DNA of 63,343 nt, counting the filler, from Rhabdomonas costata (taxonomy: Eukaryota), in NCBI GenBank assembly GCA_019059605.1. It is 57 parts of 57 records of this genome, joined end to end, with 100 filler letters (N's around TTAATTAATTAA, not from the genome) between each part and the next. Parts side by side here need not be neighbours in the genome. Positions count along the whole stretch, not along the records: positions 58,994 to 60,004 come from JAHMHO010033597.1; positions 60,105 to 61,117 come from JAHMHO010033598.1; positions 61,218 to 62,230 come from JAHMHO010033599.1; positions 62,331 to 63,343 come from JAHMHO010033600.1; 53 more parts are not named here. One strand, given 5' to 3'. Shown piece by piece: positions 59,782-63,343 of the stretch. Both the position numbers and the translations under genes were made by a program. Within the stretch, counting starts at the first letter, position 1. Each line of letters opens with the position of its first letter. A model generated the notes under the pieces. The model worked only from the letters and a program-made list of their open reading frames with translations. It had not been told where the DNA came from and did not search any database.

Positions 59782-62488
59782 GTACGCTGTTCTTCCGTTT
59801 TGGGGGTTGCTGGAAGGAGGAAGGGGGAGGGGGCTGAGTTTTCATACTCCGGTGGACGGGAATCATTGTTCCGGGGAATCAGCTTTCTTTTATGAGTCCC
59901 AGAAAATGAAGGGAAAAGGTTGTGTCGTCCCCAGAAATGTTGACCTGCTTGGGTGGGACTTTCACAGCCAGCGCCTGTATCATGTAGACTCGGAACCCCA
60001 AACCNNNNNNNNNNNNNNNNNNNNNNNNNNNNNNNNNNNNNNNNNNNNTTAATTAATTAANNNNNNNNNNNNNNNNNNNNNNNNNNNNNNNNNNNNNNNN
60101 NNNNGTTGGGGTGTTCCGGTGAAGGCGAGTGTGTGTGGGGAAGGGGGGGGGGGGAAGGGGGGGGGGTGCAGGGCGGGTGGAGGAACAGCACTTCTTTCTT
60201 TCTTTCTCTAGGAAAAATTAACCCCACTTTCTGCCCTGCCATGAGGAAAACAAACTGCAACAGCAGCACGCCAAAAGTTTAAACAAACACGAGCAACACT
60301 GTGTGAGCCGAGCGAAAACGGCCTTTCTCAAGGCTGGGGACCCTGACGCAACGAAAGGCACAGCTTTCGCCCTCCATACAATCAAAAAAAAAGCTCAGCC
60401 TTCTCCACTTCCGCGACTTGCGTCCACAGGTTCCTTCGGTCCAGCAGCCGACGGTGCGGCTGCACAAGCAGTTTGCAAAGGATGCGTATCCGAGCACTGC
60501 ACTCCAGTGTCCACGGCTGCGCCCTGCATGCCCCCCCCCGGCCTTCGCACTATTTGCATTTCTCCTTGGGGTGGGCTTCTGACCAGTTTTCCCGCCTCCG
60601 CGGCCGCTGCTTTGGGGGGAATGACCAGCTCTTCCTCTACTGCTGGGCGGAGGTCCTTAGGAAGCCTCACTGGCGCCTTCACACATACGACTAAGCCTGA
60701 ACATGGAAGCAACCAAAGTCAAGAAACCGTGCTATTTTTCAAGAAGGGCCGTCGCTGTGCAGTTGTAGAGGAGGGAAGAGTGCAAGCTGAGGCAAAGTTG
60801 GGCAAGCCTGTCACTTCCACCAACCACGCACATAATTCGTTTGCTGATTCCAACCACGCACTGCCTCCGAAGACGAGGACGAACATGTTTTATTGAAAAA
60901 CCTTTGAAAACGTGGACCACTGGCGGTCTGTACCACAAGGAAAAGCAAAATAAAAATCGGCGGATTCGCTCTTTATATATACCTTCAGCAGGAGTAACAA
61001 AAGCAGAGAGATGCTAGTGCGTGCTTGGAAAGCGTACCTTTTTCAGAAGCCCCTTTTGTTTGGCTTCCCGGCGCACCTGAGCCAAATCTTCCCGTTCCTG
61101 CGAGGACCAACACCCCCNNNNNNNNNNNNNNNNNNNNNNNNNNNNNNNNNNNNNNNNNNNNTTAATTAATTAANNNNNNNNNNNNNNNNNNNNNNNNNNN
61201 NNNNNNNNNNNNNNNNNGTTGTGTTTGTAGCTCTGCCAACCCCTCCCACCGTGGTACCTGGGTCGTCTCTCGTGTTTCTTATCACCCCTTTCACGTTCAC
61301 TGGGGCAATCCATCAGGTATCTTCATCACGCAGCCGATCCAGCACTCCGGTTTTGTCACTATTGTTGGCATCTGCTGAAGTTGAAGAAAAGGTAATTGCT
61401 TTTGGGTTGATGCTCTTGGGCGGATTGTCTCAGGAACCTGCGACAGCTCTGGGAAGTGCATCTGCAACCCGCCCTATGGAGGCCCGGACTGCTCTTTTCT
61501 GAACTTTGAGGCCCAGGTGCTTTGTGTGTTTGTGTTTGTGTGTGTGTGTGTGTGCACAGCACACCGCGCCAAGGCGCCATGTTTGTGCTGCCGTTACTGC
61601 AAACAGCTGCTTCTTTCTTTGAGAAGGGAGGGGGAGGGGTTGCTGCCAAGGTGAGTTGTGAGCCTCGTATTATCATTCCAGCAAACGGCTCTTTCCGACC
61701 CCAACTCCACAACTTTAGTCAGCACACAAAAACATTTCACACTATCTCACTCCAAGCAAATTCCAGCAATCATTTATCTTTTTGTGGCCACCCTCCCTCC
61801 CTCCCCACGATTGCGAACCGGAAATGAGGTCACACCTACTGCGCTTGTGGGCAACAGTGATGAGTAACGAGTTTCGCACCCATTCGGCTTTTAGCTGTGT
61901 GTTTGCTGGCATGGGGGAGCGTGTTATGCACAGCTGCTGAGATATGTTTGGGATTAGGGTCGGCGGGGTGGCGGGGGAAGTTGAAAGGGTTGGAGAGGTG
62001 CTGAATAACTTATATAGTGGAGATCGGGTAACACATCACGCAAATAATACTGACTGAGTGTCAGGTGATCAGCAGGAGATAGAGCAAGAAAAATACAAAG
62101 CACAGAAGGAGAACGCGAGCGCGAGCGATGCACAAAAAGGGAACACCAAAATATCAGAGGAACGAGACAAAATGAAGACTAGCTAGGCAGGAGACCAAAT
62201 CACGAGCGAATAATGGCAAACACAACAACANNNNNNNNNNNNNNNNNNNNNNNNNNNNNNNNNNNNNNNNNNNNTTAATTAATTAANNNNNNNNNNNNNN
62301 NNNNNNNNNNNNNNNNNNNNNNNNNNNNNNGTTTTTTGTGTTGACATATAGCGTAATCGGAGGGCGTTGGTCTTCTGACAGTAAGTTTATGAATGAACTC
62401 CCTTGGCTTTTCATGTGTCCAGCGGTTGCAATTGTTGATTTAACCTTTGACCACTCGGCTTTTTCACATTGATTTAAGCGATGCCAAG

Positions 62489-62660
62489 GTGCGCGGTCGG
62501 AATGAACCCTCACAGGTTTGTTTTCTTCTGGAAGTCACTTTGGGCTTTTTCACAGTTTGTGACGAGCCTTGTGGACGAGCTGGAGTCTGTTCAAAGAGCG
62601 ATGAGCACGACTTACCGTTTCATCACCAGTTCTGGCGTTGACCTGAACAACCTGGAACAG
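62489..62660 (+). CDS. Unknown protein, mini-exon 62489-62515 plus exon 62556-62660
   Basis: VRGRNEPSQ|FVTSLVDELESVQRAMSTTYRFITSSGVDLNNLEQ; 40-nt GT-AG intron, then a probable GC donor. Confidence 0.45.
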
Positions 62661-63343
62661 GCTCTTGCCCTGGCTCCCTATGTTCGACCCGCACACACAC
62701 ACACACACGCACAAGTCAGCTGTTTGCTAAGTGGGAGCGCTGATATCGATATGTCAGTTGAGCACTGATTTCCTCCTTTTGGGGGAAGCAGAATCCTAAA
62801 GAAATGGCAGATAACGAAAAATTACCTGCATTCACATACATCCAAGCATATAAAATCAAATCCTTTTAGAACACTTCAACTAACCATTCCTTCAGGCTCT
62901 CCTTTTCTCGGGGAGCAGGACCCAAAATGGCAAGTGCCAAAAATATGGCCTTTAAGTAACCTCAGGCCAACTGTAAGTCGGAAGCATTCGAACCCCCCTC
63001 CCCGGTTGCAACACGAAGTTCCTGTGGGAGTTAGTTTGATGCTGCCTTGGCCGAAAGCTTCCAGGCCGATGTTGTGAAATCACGTGATGCAATGCAAAAA
63101 TTGCAACCCAGACCAGTAAGGCAGGAAGTAAACTCAACTCAGAGATAAAACCGTCCCTTGAAGTATGGGCCTCAGCCTGCAGATCTACTATTTCCTCCTG
63201 TTCAGATCACACTGCAGTCAGGTGCCGACCTGCATAGGAAGCCGCTCAGCGAGTAGATCTGAGAGTTGAATGGAAGCAAGACGATCCCCATACCCCGCCT
63301 CCGCATCCGTCCCCCGCTGATGATCGGGGCATGACCCAAAACA

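Noticed and set aside
61250..61500. Minus-strand frame interrupted by TGA codons, suggesting stop-codon reassignment
   Set aside because: There is no homology to anchor the frame. Confident exons use TGG for Trp, and TGA appears as a normal stop at putative terminal exons.
1015..62330. Regularly spaced TTAATTAATTAA as a biological repeat or CRISPR-like array
   Set aside because: It is embedded in fixed N-runs and is an artificial six-frame-stop linker.
62977..63012. GGTTCGAAT B-box-like word on the minus strand (tRNA or SINE)
   Set aside because: No cloverleaf, A-box or acceptor stem could be built around it.
1..63343. A multi-gene system inferred from neighbouring genes (e.g. SelO plus TPR, RT plus other ORFs)
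   Set aside because: Neighbours lie on separate contigs that appear grouped by length, so adjacency carries no information.
1..63343. Euglenid non-conventional (non-GT/GC-AG, stem-loop) introns, spliced-leader RNA, rRNA or tRNA genes
   Set aside because: Every intron with both flanking exons visible fits GT-AG or GC-AG. No spliced-leader, rRNA or tRNA sequence was recognised by eye.

Overview
This window is not one locus. It is 57 unrelated contigs of about 1.01 kb, joined by a 100-nt artificial spacer (N44-TTAATTAATTAA-N44), so no gene-neighbourhood or operon inference is valid across spacers. Most contigs come from an intron-rich flagellated protist nucleus: short exons (27-300 nt), polypyrimidine-AG acceptors, GT donors and apparently frequent GC donors. 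Recognisable exons include an ABCB transporter, HSL-family hydrolase, ASCC3-like helicase, GT77 glycosyltransferase, mitochondrial carrier, zeta-crystallin oxidoreductase, axonemal dynein heavy chain, AFG1/ZapE ATPase, Ser/Thr kinase, RCHY1/Pirh2, TPR, SelO, SHIPPO repeat, MCM C-terminus, cullin, kelch propeller, RMND1/DUF155, a bacterial-type alanine dehydrogenase and an articulin-like VPV-repeat protein. This combination best fits a euglenid (inference; an alveolate is not excluded). Decayed mobile elements include Ty3/gypsy, Merlin/IS1595, Tc1/mariner and a CRE/SLACS-like non-LTR element. Contig ends carry G/T-only (5') and A/C-only (3') runs of about 10 nt, and several carry fold-back hairpins, pointing to whole-genome amplification with K-degenerate primers. 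The most unusual contig (44523-45535) is very AT-rich, intronless and gene-dense, with a perfect 14-bp hairpin just after a stop codon, as seen in Mimiviridae-type giant viruses. I found no well-supported novel multi-gene system. All family calls are from motif recognition by eye, not database searches.
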